Positions 1 through 13,340 of a DNA stretch of 64,000 nucleotides are shown here, piece after piece. Made by a program: the position numbers and the translations under genes. Each line of letters begins with the position of its first letter. Position 1 is the first letter of the stretch. The notes below the pieces were generated by a model. The model searched no databases. It was not told the origin of the DNA and worked only from the letters and a program-made list of their open reading frames with translations. This DNA comes from Felis catus (Eukaryota), in NCBI RefSeq assembly GCF_018350175.1, contig NC_058383.1, positions 20,834,001 through 20,898,000 of the forward strand. The letters are read 5' to 3'.

Positions 1-135
1 ATCAGGCTCTGCGCGGACAGCGTGGAGCCTGCTTGGGATGCTCTCTCTCCCTCTCTCTGGCCCTCCCCTGCTTGCTCTCTCTCTCTCTCTCTCTCAAAAT
101 TAAATCAATAAACGTTTAAAATTAAAAAAAAACAA
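1..135 (+). mobile_element. Can-SINE, 3' part
   Basis: SINE body, (CT)n, AATAAA and A-rich tail. Confidence 0.9.
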
Positions 136-139
136 CAAC

Positions 140-1150
140 TCTGTGAGTTCCTTAGTGATAAAGGAAGTAGGAGCACACCTTTTGTTTATCTATTTGGTCT
201 TTGACCTCAGTGCCTGACACAGAGCTCTTAAATCCCTGGAAAATTCCTGGGTGACAGGAGCATCTCTTGTTTTTGCCTTTTTTCCTTTTTCTTTCCTTCT
301 TTTTCTTTCTTTCTTTTTTTTTTTTTTTTCTAATGAGGTGATCCTTGACGGGCTCTTGGATAGCTTCCTGGACGAGGGCTTCTGACATTGCGATTTATAG
401 TAAGAAACAGATTCGGTTCTATTCCCATTTCTAGTGCAGAGCTCCTGTGTGTCAGAGCACGTGTGTCAAAACTGGTTCCAGGTCCTTAGAGGGCTGGTCA
501 TCGGAAAGAGCAAGCCATGATCAGGAGCTCGGACCGTCCAGCCCCCGTCCTCCAGGAAGGGGGGAGGGGCTGGCGACGGAGTTCACCCATCACGCCTACG
601 TGACAAAGCCTCCATAAGATCTCTGAACCAGGGGGTCAGAGAGCTTCTGGGTTCGTGAACACATCCAGGTGCCATGAGGGCGGTGGACCCCAACTCCACG
701 GGGACAGAGCTCCCGAACTCAGGACTCTTCTGGAACTCGCCCTACAGATCCCTTCATCCGACTGTGTTGATCCGTATCCCTTTATCATATATCCTGGATC
801 ATATAAGCCAGCAAATGTGTCTCCCTGAGTTCTGGGAGCTGTTCCAGCAAATTATCAAGTCGAAGGAGGGTGTTGTGGGAACCCCGATTTATAGCAGGTC
901 AGTCAAAGAACAGGTGACCATTAGGGCCCTGAAAGTGGAGTCTGAAGAGGAAGCAGGGTTGTAGGACTGAGGTCTCGACCCTCGGGATCTAACGCGGTCT
1001 CCAAGTCAACAGTCAGCGCGGAGCTGAACCGTGGGATATGCGGTTGAGGTCTGCAGAGAATGCGAGAACTGGCGTGGCAAGAACCCCCACGCATCTGGTC
1101 CCAAACGTGTCCCGTGTGAGGAGCAGAGGAGAGATACGAGAGCGCTCTCT
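140..1150. mobile_element. ERV LTR, MER21-like
   Basis: Resembles MER21-family LTR sequence (gagagcttctgggtt..gaacacatccaggtgcc; ccctgagttctgggagc); subfamily assigned from memory. Confidence 0.6.
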
Positions 1151-1189
1151 CTTCAGCGCCATCGCCCAGGAGCGTGCTGACCTGGAAAC

Positions 1190-1622
1190 GACGCAAATGT
1201 CTACCCGTCCTGAATGGTATGGTTGCACAACGGCGTGCCCCACAGAGCTAAAGACAAACCTCAGCCACCCTGACGGGACTCGTCACAAAACTTCGAGACT
1301 CGTCGCAAACAGAGTGTTGAGTGAAATACGCAAGGCGTAAAAAAAATGCAGCTAGTATAATTTCACCCGCGCCAATGTCAAAAACTGGCAAAACTCTTCC
1401 TGTTCAGGGAGGACGGGTGGTAAAATGAAAAAGGAAAGTGAAGAATACATGACTGTAACTTTAGATAGTGTAGATGGCCATTAGAGGGGACACAAAAGGG
1501 AGTTCAAAGGTGCTGGCTACTATCTCCCTGACCTGAGCCGTGGTACAGGATTAGCACACGTTCTTGTGTTCGTTATATTTTTGGTGCACTTTTCCGTGTG
1601 TTTTTTACAATAAAAAAGTTTA
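1190..1622 (+). mobile_element. Old L1 3' end fragment
   Basis: L1M 3' UTR-like motifs ending in ttttacaataaaaaag. Confidence 0.55.
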
Positions 1623-1628
1623 AGGGGC

Positions 1629-2046
1629 GGGGCGCCTGGGTGGCTCAGTCGGTTAAGTGGCCGACGTCAGTTCAGGTCACGGTCTCGGAGTTTGTGGGTT
1701 CGAGCCCCGCGTCGGGCTCTCTACTGACAGCTCAGAGCCTGGAGCCTGCTTTGGATTCTGTGTCTCCCTGTCTCTCTGTCTTTCTCCCACTCACGTTCTG
1801 TCTCTCTCTCTCTCTCAAAAATAAATAAACATTTAAAAAAAACTGAAAGGGGCACCTGGGGGGCTCAGTTGGTTAAGCATCTGACTTTGGCTCAGGTCAT
1901 AACCTCACGGTTCGTGGATTCAAGCCCCACATCGGGCTCTGCGCGGACATCTCAGAGCCTGCTTGGGATTTTCTCTCTCTCTCTGCCCCTTCCCATGCTC
2001 GTGTGCTCTCTCTCTCTCTCTCAAAATAAATAAACTTAAAAAAAAG
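1629..2046 (+). mobile_element. Two tandem Can-SINEs (1629-1845, 1848-2046)
   Basis: Each has a GGGGCxCCTGGG head, (CT)n and A tail. Confidence 0.92.
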
Positions 2047-2372
2047 AGCAAGCACGCCAGAAAACTGATTGTGAGTCCTGACCACACTTATTAGGTAAAA
2101 TGGTTACCTCTCTAAGCCTTGGTTTTCCCAACGATAAAATGGGAATGATTATACAGTCGCCTTGCCGTACGGCTGTAAAGATTAATGAAGGCAACGCATG
2201 CGAAATAGCCTGATAGAGTAGGCTTGGCTTATTTTTTTGACATTACCCTCTGTAGAGAGTTGCCAGGGATTATTTGTATCTGTACGTCCTGTCTTTCCAA
2301 ACATACTTTTGTTAAAACTGCTGGTCCGCTAGAAATAGACACAGAGAACCCTGGATGAGTATGTGATTTTAG

Positions 2373-2578
2373 GGGGGCGCCTGGGGGACTCAGTCGGTTA
2401 AACGTCCGACTCTTGATTTGGGCTCAGGTCATGACCTCACGGTTTCGTGAGGGTGAGCCCGCGCATCAGGCTCTGCGCGGACAGTGTGGAACCTGCTTGG
2501 GATTCTCTCTCTCCCTCTCTTTCTGCCCCTTCCCCACTCACGCTGTCTCTGTCTCTCTCAAAGTAAGTTTTTAAAAAC
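2373..2578 (+). mobile_element. Can-SINE
   Basis: tRNA-derived head, CT-rich region, tail. Confidence 0.9.
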
Positions 2579-2639
2579 ATGGGATTTTTAGAACCAGTGT
2601 CTGCTTTCCCCCCCCCCAAAATTCCAAGAAATGACCCCA

Positions 2640-3760
2640 AAAGCCCACATTTTTTCAAGAGTAAGTTCAAGAGACCAAGAAAGTATGGCAAATCTATGGG
2701 AGGAAAATGCTGGAGTAACCCCCATGCTTTGGAGAATGGCGGCTGCAGAGTAAAGAGTGGTTGACACATTCAAGCCTAAACTAGACAAATTCAAAATATT
2801 TCAAGTCTCCAGGCTACTCTCAAATTAAAGACTTATGGAGTGACATGGAGCACAGCTAGTCAAAAAGAGGAAAGACACAGACACAGTGTTCAAAGCTCTA
2901 CAGATACAAGGAAGAACTTCTAAAATTATATGAGAACACGATGTAAAATTTATACCACCGATCTTAAAAATCCATGCAAAATGAATGACTCCATCAAAAA
3001 ACATAATTTACTGAAATTGACTCACGAAGAGGTAGAAAACTCGAGTAGACCAATAACCATTGAAGAAATTGGAAATGCTGTCAAAAAACTACTCCAAACG
3101 AGGGACCGGCGAAAGCAATTTGGAAAGAGCTCTTAAAATTAAAAACACACGTACCTTTCAACTGAGAAATCCCACTCCCGGGAGCCTATCAAATAGAAAT
3201 GAAAGCACCAGTATCTACGAAATGTGTGAGGGTTGTTAATGCAGAATCATTTGCAGAAGAAAAAAGCAGGGAACAGTGAATACCCTACCGTGGAAAATTA
3301 CGTAGTCATAAAAAAAGAAAAAAAAAGCTAGATTTTTAAACAGCTGATCTGGAGCGATCTGCACAATGTATTGACAGTGAAACGGGCAAGAAGCCGCGAG
3401 GCAAATATACGTGCATTCTGATTTCTGCAGAACAAAATCAAAATGATTCCCTCCGTGTGTGTTTGTGCGTCTGCCCGTGCACACACGCCCATGCATTTGT
3501 ATAATTCTGTGAGCACAGCAAAGGCTGCAGAGAGCCGCATGCCAGGCTGTAAGCCCTGGTTACAGAGTGTCTGGGTAATGAGGTGGGAAGGAAAGTGGAG
3601 GGAAGGTTAAAAAAAAAAAAAAAAGAAAGTTAGCAAAACAGAAGACACGAGAGATTACGTGTAAATTAAGGATTCCATAACAAAATGTTTTCACGCTGTA
3701 ATTCCTTTTATGCATAATTATATACGTGTATGTTTGAATATGCATGTGTACGCTTGGGTT
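2640..3760 (+). mobile_element. Old L1 fragments (ORF2 and 3' end)
   Basis: ORF2-like HNLLKLTHEEVENSSRPITIEEI; L1 3' UTR motifs. Confidence 0.6.
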
Positions 3761-4394
3761 TTGTGGGCATTCATGAGTACAAGAAGTGAAACTGAAAAAG
3801 GAAAACATAAATAAAAGAAAGACACCCGCCCAAGCTTTGCAAGCCGAGTTCTGCCAAACCTTTCAGATAACAATAAAAACCCCAGAACCGAAAAGGCGGA
3901 GAGCTGCTCAGCTAGTTCTGTGAATCCTGAAGACAAAGCCGTACAAGCACGATCCACGTACCAATGAAAAACTGTAGCCTAGCCCCACTCATAGACACAG
4001 AAGCCAACTCTGAGCCAATCCTATCCAGAGTGTGCAAAAGAATAACACGTCTTGGAGAAGCCGGGCTCACACAAACAATGTGAGGAGACATCAGGTTTCG
4101 GTTCCAGCGCGGAAAGAGACTGAAAGTCGTTACTCCCATCCTTCCAACACCCTTTCTTCCAGTCGAACAGATGGAAGAATCAGTGACTTTTCTTGGATCC
4201 GTGAAAGAACTGAACAGCAGACCTCCATCTTGGATTCTGGAGAAACAGAGTTACAGTCAAGATCTGCTTGCCTGAAGCTATAGACTTAGGGACCCCTACA
4301 GGGTCAGTTAGATGGGCTGCTGGAGGCCAGGTGTGGACTTGTGTGAGGCTGAGAAACTCCGGGGGGGGGGTCACCCCAGTCTTAGGGTGTCTCT

Positions 4395-4893
4395 GATTCT
4401 CTGACACCCACTGGGTGTCTGATGATTCCATCCAATGCTGACGCTACCCAGGGTTAGAGCAGATCCCAAACATTAAGGGGCTTAATTAAGTCCAACAAGA
4501 CTGCCCCACTTCAAACGCCAACCACCAAGGGGGGGCACACACACCCTCTCAGTGAATCCTTGTGTTCGTGAACCCAAAAGCCCTGTGAACCCCACTGTAG
4601 TTTAGGGGTGTTTGCGGAGGCTTCCTTTCACAGGCATAATTGGCCACTGGTGACTGAACTCAATCTCCAGCGCCCCCATCTCTCCCGGAGGTTGGGGTGA
4701 GAGGGTGTTTCCAACCCTCCAGTCAGAACTTTGCGTTTCCCGGTAACCACTTCCCAGCCTGAAGCGATCCTGTGACCCCCAATCTGGAGTCATCACGTCA
4801 GCATGCCAAAGATAGTAAATTCCAAGGATTTTAGGAACTCTGTGCCAGGGAACTGGGGACACAAGAGCAAATACTTCTATTTTCCTATACCAC
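4395..4893. mobile_element. MER21-like LTR fragment, opposite orientation to the 140-1150 copy
   Basis: ccaacaagactgccccacttc and aggaactctgtgccagg motifs; ends ...ataccaca. Confidence 0.5.
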
Positions 4894-5761
4894 AGGGGGC
4901 CCCCCCACTTTCATAGGTTTTAGCATGGGTTTCATGGGTTTTCATGGGAACCCCATCAGGTTTTCACCCTGAAGCACAGAGGGAGATCAGCCTGGGGCTT
5001 TGGGGAGGAGACAGGGAAGCGAAGAAGGCAGCCATTGTCCAATACCTCTGTCTTCTCCGTGACAAAGGATGACTCTCCAGAGGAAGAAAGGGTGGCTGAA
5101 TTGTTTTCCACCTGAGGGAAGGGCACTCTATCCCTCCAGGAACCAGAAGAAACCGCCACCACAGCTTCCCGCTAAAGGTCTATTTTACCTCAGTTCCTAT
5201 ATCCCAATACATCACGTCCAGCTTCCAACAAAAAATTACAAGGCATGTTAAAGGACAAAGGATGACGGGACTGATGAACGTCGGGGTTTCTATTCACTGA
5301 ATCCACCTAACAGACCAAGAACACAAATTTACGTGATCATTCAAACAGACACCAGAAGAGCATTTCATACACTTCTGCTTTTTTTTTTTTTTAAGGAAAA
5401 CTACTTCCCAACTCAAGAAAGCATATCTACCAAAAATCTGAAATAAATGCCAACGTAAAAAATATTTTCAGGGAAGTCAGGAAAAGACGAAATTCCTGGT
5501 ATCAGAGCTGCTGTATCCCATTCTTCTAGCGTTGGGATAAATGCAAGCAGACACGTAAAGGAGAAGGAATATTAGAAAAGAAAACAGGAAACAGTCATTC
5601 TTAGTGGGAGAGATGATTGCTACCTGGAAAAATGAAGGATATCAACCGAAAAATTATTCTAAGTAATAATACAATCCGGTTAGGTGGCCAGATACCTCAT
5701 AAATACACAAAAATTGTTTCCTCGGCTGCACACAAAGAAGAGCACATCAAAAGGATTATTG

Positions 5762-5886
5762 AGGGCACCTGGGTGGCTCAGTGGTTAAACATCTGACTTT
5801 TGATTTCAGCTCAGGTTATGATCTTGTGGTTCATGAGATCAAGCCCCCCGTCAGGCTCTGTGCTGACGGTACAGAACCTGCTTGGG

Positions 5887-5931
<45 letters not shown>

Positions 5932-6015
5932 CTGTTCTCCCCCATTCACATGTTTACATGTGTGTGCATATGCACATTCCCTCTTTCTCAAAACAAATAA
6001 ACATTAAAAAATTCT
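5762..6015 (+). mobile_element. Can-SINE
   Basis: Head, long (CT)n, tail. Confidence 0.9.
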
Positions 6016-6351
6016 TTAAGGAGTATTGAGAAGATATATCTTCTTCAAACAAATGAGATACACAGGAAAAAAATCGACAAGACAAATATAAAGAAAATTG
6101 TATAAATATATGGAAGTATCTTAAAACTTAAAGAAGTATCTGAAAGAAGATTTTAATAACTCAATAAGGCAAGTATTTAAAACCTCCCCCTAAAAGTATC
6201 TACAAATTCAGCACTCTATCAATTACATTCTCAGCAATATTTTTATCTAAATTAACAAGTTATCCTTAAAGAAAATATTTTTTTAAATCATACAAATTCT
6301 GTAAAAAATAATGACGAATACATGTTCTATCTGCTATCAAAAAATATTAGG

Positions 6352-6523
6352 GGGGGCGCCTGGGTGGCTCAGTCGGTTGAGTGTCTGACTTTGGCTCAGG
6401 TCATGATCTCACGGTTTGTGGGTTCAAGCCCCACGTCGAGGTCTGTGCTGACAGCTCAGAGCCCGGAGCTTGCTTCAGATTCTGTGTCTCTATATGCCTC
6501 TCTGCCCCTTCCCTGCTCACACA

Positions 6524-6561
<38 letters not shown>

Positions 6562-6597
6562 AATAAATAAACATTAAAAAAATTATTTAAAAAAAAT
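6352..6597 (+). mobile_element. Can-SINE
   Basis: Head, (CT)n, tail. Confidence 0.92.
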
Positions 6598-6805
6598 GGA
6601 GTTGCCATAACTGACTATACATTTGGAAAATTTTAATGATATTCCTCCTTCACACTGCACACACAAAATTAAACTGTGGATGAATTAGAGACCCAGACAT
6701 TAAAAATTAGGTTAGTGGGCAATATAAGAGAATACTTTTATAATCTTGGGATGGGGCAAGACATTAAGCAACAAACAAAAGAAAGAATCAATAAAATTAA
6801 ACACT

Positions 6806-7035
6806 GGGGTGCCCGGGTGGCCCAGTCGGTTGAGCAACAGACTTTGGCTCAGGTCATGTTCTCACGGTTTGTGGGTTCGAGCCCTACGTTGGGCTCTGTG
6901 CTGACAGCTCAGAGCCTAGAGCCTTGCTTCAGATTCTGTGTCTCCCTCTCTCTCTGCCCCTCCCCTGCTTGTTCTCTGTCTCTCTCTCTCTCTCTCTCTC
7001 AAAAATAAATAAATGTTAAAAAAAATTTTTTAATA
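6806..7035 (+). mobile_element. Can-SINE
   Basis: Head, (CT)n, tail; flanking aaacactgggg duplication. Confidence 0.92.
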
Positions 7036-7611
7036 AAAGAAAACACTGGGGCTTGACTTTGTAATTAATTTAAAACATCTGTTTGACAACAGATTCTTAA
7101 AGAAAGGTACAGGGCCAAGATAAGGAACATTCTAAACCACGTTATTTGCATCCTATATGATAGCAATGGGATCGAAATCCAGAATACTTCAAGAACTCCC
7201 ACAATAGGTTTTTGAAAGAAAGAAGATTACCCCTATTTCTAAATGGGGGTAAATATACATAGGAAATTTAGAAAAGATCAAACACAAAAAGCTGACAAAT
7301 ACTGGAAGAAACATTCAAGTTTACTAGTAACGAGGGAAACGGATTTCAACCGCAAGCAGTTGGAGCAGAGTCACTTTCACTGTACCCAGGAGAGACTGGC
7401 AATTAGTTCCTGTACCCAAGCTCCAGAACTGGCTGGAGAACTCCCCACTCTTTCTGCTACCTTTTTATTCAATTATCCGTAATCCCGCAAACTATCCCAT
7501 GTCTTTCCACCGCACTTGCCCTTACATTTTCCTAGGCTCATTTTCTGTTCCTTGTACCTTAGATCGTAGAAACGTTGAGGAATTTTTAGCAACTCGGAGT
7601 CCCATCTTCTC

Positions 7612-8710
7612 TAAGTATTGGTTTCCTAGCACTGCCAGAACAAAGTACCACACACGGGATGGCGTAAAACAACAGAGATTAGCATCACACCGTTGTGGAG
7701 ACCAGAAGTCTCAATCAAGATGTCCGCAGACCCGTGCTCCCTCCAGAGCCTACAACGGAAGGAATCCTCCTTTGCCTCTTCCTAGCTTCTGGTGGCCCTG
7801 GGAGGTCACTGGCACGTGCCAGCCTCACGTCAATCTCGGCCTCGGTCTTCGGATGACTGTGCTCTGTCTGTGTCTTCGCATGACCTTCTCCTCTCTGCGT
7901 CTCTCTGATGACGGAGCGTAAGGCAAGTTGACGGCCAAGCACAAACTAGCAGACCCCGCCCCCTCCCCGGGTGGGACACGTGTCATTTTCCTCATGGACT
8001 CCTGGCTGCCCAAGAACAAAGAAAGGGAAGAAAACAAATGGTTGCCTGATGGAGATCACAGTCCTGCAGGACACGAGTCTCCATCCATTTACAAATACCT
8101 TAGTAAATGACAAGAAAAAGGCAATCTTATCAATAGCCTAATCTCCAGAAACCTATAGACTCATCTCCTGGAGCCCCAACATCACCCTCCCCTTCACAGT
8201 GATATGGAAAACAAAGGCAAGAAGGAAAAGGCAGGTAAAATCGAATTGCTTTATGACCTGCAGCCCATTGACAAATACTTGGGGCAAACACAGAGTGTAT
8301 CATTTCTCCAGGAACCCCCAACTTTCTTAATGTTAAAGCCTTACAAGAGGGTAAACAACCTTAGTTTGACAATAGCAAAGCCTCGGGTATCTTAGGGGTC
8401 CTCTTTAGCATATCAAAGTCCTTCTGGAGGCCTCCCTTCCGCCTTTACCTCCCCCCAACTCCACAGAATTCTTTCTTGGCCTCCGGCTCCAGACCTCCAC
8501 GGCTCCAAACCCCATCACCTCCACTCTTCTTATAAGGACACAAGTCACATGGGATTAAGGACCCACCCACCATGACCTCGTATTCACTAATGACATCTGC
8601 AATAATCCTATTTCCAAATAAAGTCACATTTGGAGGCAGTAGGGGTCAAGACTTCAACAAATATTTTTTTTTTTTTGGTGGGGGGCACACAATTCAAGCC
8701 ATAAATCAAC
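7612..8710 (-). mobile_element. MLT1 (MaLR) LTR split by a younger LTR at 7906-8523
   Basis: MLT1 motifs: aacaaagtaccacacacgggatggcgtaaaacaacag ... cttcttataaggacac ... aattcaagccataa. Confidence 0.8.
7906..8523 (+). mobile_element. Solo ERV LTR (probably carnivore-specific) nested in MLT1
   Basis: TG...CA termini; flanks ctctc/ctctt resemble a target-site duplication; host MLT1 resumes directly after. Confidence 0.7.
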
Positions 8711-9013
8711 ATTAGAAAGAGGAAGCTAACAAACACACTCTGACTTTGATGGGCCTCGAAGATATTATGCTGAACAGTCTCAAAAGGGAACCTATGGTAT
8801 TATTCCCTTTATACAACAGTTTCAAAAAACCTGAACTACATGATGGAGAACGTACCAACCTATCAACAGTTGCTGAGAAGTAGGAGTGGGGGGCAGAAGG
8901 AGATAAGAGTTTTGAGGGGTGACAGAAACTGTTTTGGATCCTGGTTTGTGGCAGTGGCCACAGGAATCTTCACATGCGTCAAAATAGAAACGTAAGATGC
9001 TTTTTAAAAACAC

Positions 9014-9262
9014 GGGGCACCTGAGTGACTCCGTCGGTTAAGCATCCAACTTCGGCTCAGGTCATGATCTCGCAGTTCGTGAGTTCAAGCCCCACATCCG
9101 GCTGTGTGCTGACAGCTCAGAGCCCGGAGCCTGCTTCGGATTCTGTGTCTCCCTCTCTCTCTCTGTCCCTCCCTCACTTGTGTGTACTCTGTCTCTCTTT
9201 CTTTCTCTCTCTCTCTCTCTCTCAAAAGTAAGTAAATAAACTTTAAAAAAAAATTTTTTTAA
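9014..9262 (+). mobile_element. Can-SINE
   Basis: Head, (CT)n, tail. Confidence 0.92.
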
Positions 9263-10224
9263 AGTGATTGCTATTGTATCATTTAAGAAATAAAATTCAA
9301 AGAGGCTGCAAATTAACATGCTTGGGGACCTTCAGACTCTACTCAAAGAGCGAAAAGGCTGGTGTTTTGAGGGCCATCCAAATATTTACTAAAATCATAT
9401 CCTGTGTTGTTTCTGCCTCATAAAATCAGCCCTCAGCAGAACTAAATGGTTCTGACATATTCCCAGCTCTCCATGTATAGCCCTTGATTTGATAGCTTCT
9501 CCTCTATTGAGAACCGTAATGCAATATTGTTTACTCATCATATACCTCACAAATTGATGACTGTAGAGTGGATCCTACCAAGCCACAGAATTTCTTTTTT
9601 AAAAGGAGGAAGCGGGGGGGGGGGGGGGGGGGGAGTGGCCATAGTGAAACTGAGCTATTTAGATGTAATTAATACAGCTCAGATGTGGAATCTGTTACTC
9701 CAGACAAATCTGTAGGGATCTGACCCTTCCATTCCTATCAGAATTACTGTCTTTGGGGCTGCCCAATGACCATGTTATCCTCCTTGATCGCAAAATACCT
9801 AGCACGTAACAGGTAATGCATACTCCTTCTTGGTTCAGTCCCTGATGATGCGTAGCGATTTCTCTCCAGGGCCATATATAACCTTCATGGATGGTATGGA
9901 GGCCCCCTGTTGGTTCTCACATTGTGGAATCTCAACAATTTCAGTCCATCCTTCACCAGAATTCGTAGAGCCCCGACGATGCACCAACACATTAGCTTGG
10001 AAGTAATGATAATAATACACAACCTTGAGGAGCTGGGGTTTATTTCTTGCTTTCACTCTAAGTGCATTATGGGCTGGCTGGCCGGCCGGCTGGGGGCTCT
10101 ATCCTACACCTCCTCTCTCCAGGATCCTACCAGTCAACCTGGCCGAGAAAAATGAAGGGAGTCTGAACATTTCCAGTGGGATCATGTGGGATATGCCACG
10201 AGGAGACCGGCTGCAAAGACTAAT

Positions 10225-10425
10225 GGCTAACAATGGCCTCCGGAGCCACGCGGTGTAGACCTCACTCTGCTCCATCACTTACTATCTCTATGACCCTGGG
10301 AAGGCAACTGAACGTCTCCGGTTTTCATTTCATCGGTATAAGGGGGTAATAATATATCACAACTTCAAAGAGTCATGAAGATTCAATGAATCAATGGTTC
10401 GCAAATTAACATGTCCTGTGTAAGT
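10225..10425 (+). mobile_element. MIR relic
   Basis: ctccatcacttact..tgaccctgggaaggcaactgaac..ctc..gttt core. Confidence 0.6.
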
Positions 10426-10457
10426 CTTTGATATTATCTTAAAAGTAACGAAGACGA

Positions 10458-10683
10458 GGGGTGCCTGGGTGGCTCAGTCGGTTGAGCGGCCGACTTCGGC
10501 TCAGGTCACGATCTCGCGGTCCGTGGGTTCGAGCCCCGCGTCAGGCTCTGTGCTGACAGCTCAGAGCCTGGAGCCTGTTTCGGATTCTGTGTCTCCCTCT
10601 CTCTGACCCTCCCCTGTTTATGCTCTGTCTCCTTCTGTCTCAAAAATAAATAAATGTTAAAAAAAAATTTTTTTTTTAAAAAG
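10458..10683 (+). mobile_element. Can-SINE with TSD aaaagtaacgaagacgag
   Basis: Full-length with direct repeats on both flanks. Confidence 0.95.
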
Positions 10684-11159
10684 TAACGAAGACGAGACCA
10701 CTTAAGGGCTTTAGATAGGGAACGACAACAACTACTTTACTCATTTTAACAATAAAACTTATTCTGGCTATGCTGTGGAAAATGGATTGGAAGGGGATAC
10801 AGTGGATATCAGGTAAAGATTGAATTGGCTGTCCTCTGTGATGTGTGTGTATATACCTTGGTGTTAAAGGTGTAAGGTCTCTAGCATGAATTTCAAGTGT
10901 CCAGCTAAGAGACTTTATTCATCAAGAGTTACCAAGATGTTGACTTGAGGCTCTGTGGATCACTCAAAAGGGTGCCCAAAAGGGTGAGAGGAAAGGTCTG
11001 GGCTGGGGGTATCTGTATGAGACAGTCGACATAGAGGTGAGCAGAGAAGCACATCAGAGTTGATAGAATAACTAAAGGCCAGAGTTTCAAGAGTACTTAA
11101 GGACTTTCAGAGGAAAAGGATTCAGAAAAGAAATAGGGAGTCTGCGTGGCTCAGTCTCT

Positions 11160-11287
11160 TGGGTGCCCAGGAGGCTCAGCCAGTTGGGTGCCCAGCTCTT
11201 GGTTTCGGCTCGGGTCATGATCTCAAGGTTTGGGAGTTCGAGCCCTGCATCGGGCTCCGTGCTAACGGCGCACAGCCTGCTCGGGAT

Positions 11288-11323
<36 letters not shown>

Positions 11324-11405
11324 GTCCCTATCCTGCTCACGCTCGCTCTCTCTCTCTCTCTCTCTCTCAAAATAAGTAAATAAACTTAAAAAAAACCCTT
11401 TTTTT
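11160..11405 (+). mobile_element. Can-SINE
   Basis: Head, (CT)n, tail. Confidence 0.9.
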
Positions 11406-11628
11406 AAGAAAAAGAAATAGACAAAGAGGATCCAAAGAGAAACAAGTAAAAACACTAAAGGAAAGTTAAGAGTCTATTTGCCAGGGGAGGCCTTACTGTT
11501 TTTCTCATTTGAGACATCTCACTTAGGCATAGTGAGGCAAATCCCAGCCCCACCACCTACTCACCCGACCCTGGAGGAGTCCCTTAACCTCCTAAATGTC
11601 ACCTTCCTCCTCTATAAAGTCCGATGGT

Positions 11629-11845
11629 GGGGCGCCTGGGTGGCGCAGTCGGTTAAGCGTCCAACTTCAGCCAGGTCACGATCTCGCGGTCCGTGAGTTC
11701 GAGCCCCGCGTCAGGCTCTGGGCTGATGGTTCAGAGCCTGGAGCCTGTTTCCGATTCTGTGTCTCCCTCTCTGTCTGCCCCTCCCCCGTTCACGCTCTGT
11801 CTCTCTCTGTCCCAAAAATGAATAAACGTTAAAAAAAAAAATTTA
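11629..11845 (+). mobile_element. Young felid SINEC_Fc-type SINE with TSD tataaagtccgatggt, inserted in a MIR
   Basis: Diagnostic gcgcagtcgg/cagccagg; exact flanking duplication. Confidence 0.95.
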
Positions 11846-12274
11846 TAAAGTCCGATGGTATAGAACGCCCACTCGATGCTACTGTCCCTGATGATTAACG
11901 ATAAAATGCACACTCCAGGACACGTAGCACGTGGTCCTTAACTAGCTGCCATTGTGATTCTATCATGGCCAGATTCATCGCTGACTTTTCTAAGTGATGA
12001 CAGGTCTTTCTTATCAAGAGATCGTGTGTCACTACCAAAATTGCACTGAATGGTACCTTCTGCCAACAGTGTCAACATGTGATAAATTCTTGGTGGCTCG
12101 CTACGTTTAGTGCGAGTATTTCAAACACACTAGTTCCTGACCAGCCTGTCCGTGACCTCAGTTCTCCCACTCAACCCCATGTCTCTCTCCCTAAGCAACA
12201 CAGGCTGTCTGTCCAAGTCCCACCCCTCTGCCCCATATAGCTTTTCTTTCAGAGGAAGCTGTGTTTCTACCACC

Positions 12275-12533
12275 TTTGGCCACTAGAATCTGTGTCGGGG
12301 GTACCGGGCAGGTTCAAGAAGAACCACAAAAGAGAGCAGTGACGAGAGTCATCCTGGAAGAAAAAGAAGGTCACTCGATGGCAAGGGTGAACGTGACGGG
12401 GGGAAAATGGCAAAGGGCAAACGGGGGTGGGGGGGCTCTGTACTCAAACAACCTACTCACATAAGCATTCATGCTCCTAGAAATGGGGACAACGGGGAAA
12501 CCGAGGCGACAGCCATTTGCAACTTGCCTTCCC
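12275..12533 (-). other. Pair of candidate exons (12461-12533 and ~12275-12353) separated by a 107-nt GT-AG intron
   Basis: Acceptor ctgactccacag, donor gtgagt, second acceptor ccttctttttcttccag; joined frame GRQVANGCRLGFPVVPISRSMNAY/DDSRHCSLLWFFLNLPG. Confidence 0.35.
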
Positions 12534-13340
12534 CTGTGGAGTCAGGGGCAGTGAGCAAAGAATAAGCATAAAATAAAACAAACTGGGCACGGTGCCCAAC
12601 GTGCCAGGCTTCTGTACATAAAGGCAAGCACATAATATAAACCCCCCATAGAATCAAGTTGGGGGACGGGGGCGGGGACAGAAAAATGGGACCGCGCTGC
12701 ATTATTTATGAGCGCTGCAATTCTTGGCCAGGTCTCAGTTCCCTTGGCCAAGTTTTCCTTGAGTGATTTCTCCCAAGTTAAGCTGCACTCTTCAGGAGGC
12801 CAAGGATGGCCAGCTGTTCAATTCTAGGAGTGAAACGGGAAATTATTAAAGCAAAGTTCCACGTTGGGTCCCAAAGACTTTACAACAGGATGATAGACGC
12901 AGCGTCTCCATTTGCAGGGAAAGAATGTTTTCGCGGGAACATCTATTCCTTTTCCATCCTCATCTACCCCCACTCCCTGCTCCCTGCTTCATACAAAACA
13001 GTGTCCAGCCACCATGACCTTCTGGGAAAGTCTCAGACAGGACCAGTGCTTTCCTGTCTCTGTGTCTCTATATGAAGCATTCTTCTCCTTCCACACTTTG
13101 AAACGCTTCTGCATGCAGCAGGCATAACTTCTCAATACCCCAGAGACCCCAAGGTCTCTGCTGGCAGGTACAGAACCAAAAACAACATAGTGTAAGCATT
13201 TGGGGGGGGGGTGGGGGGAGGCCGTATTGGGAGTAGGAAGATTAAAGAAGCAAAGAAATAGGAATGTTGTTTCCTTATTCATGAATCCTGGAGGAAATTA
13301 GTTGAGTAGATACTTATAATACAATGTACTAAGAGCTAGA

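Larger units (their letters stand above)
5240..7400 (+). mobile_element. Old degraded L1 ORF2 fragments interrupted by SINEs
   Basis: A-rich sequence with L1 ORF2-like motifs. Confidence 0.55.
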
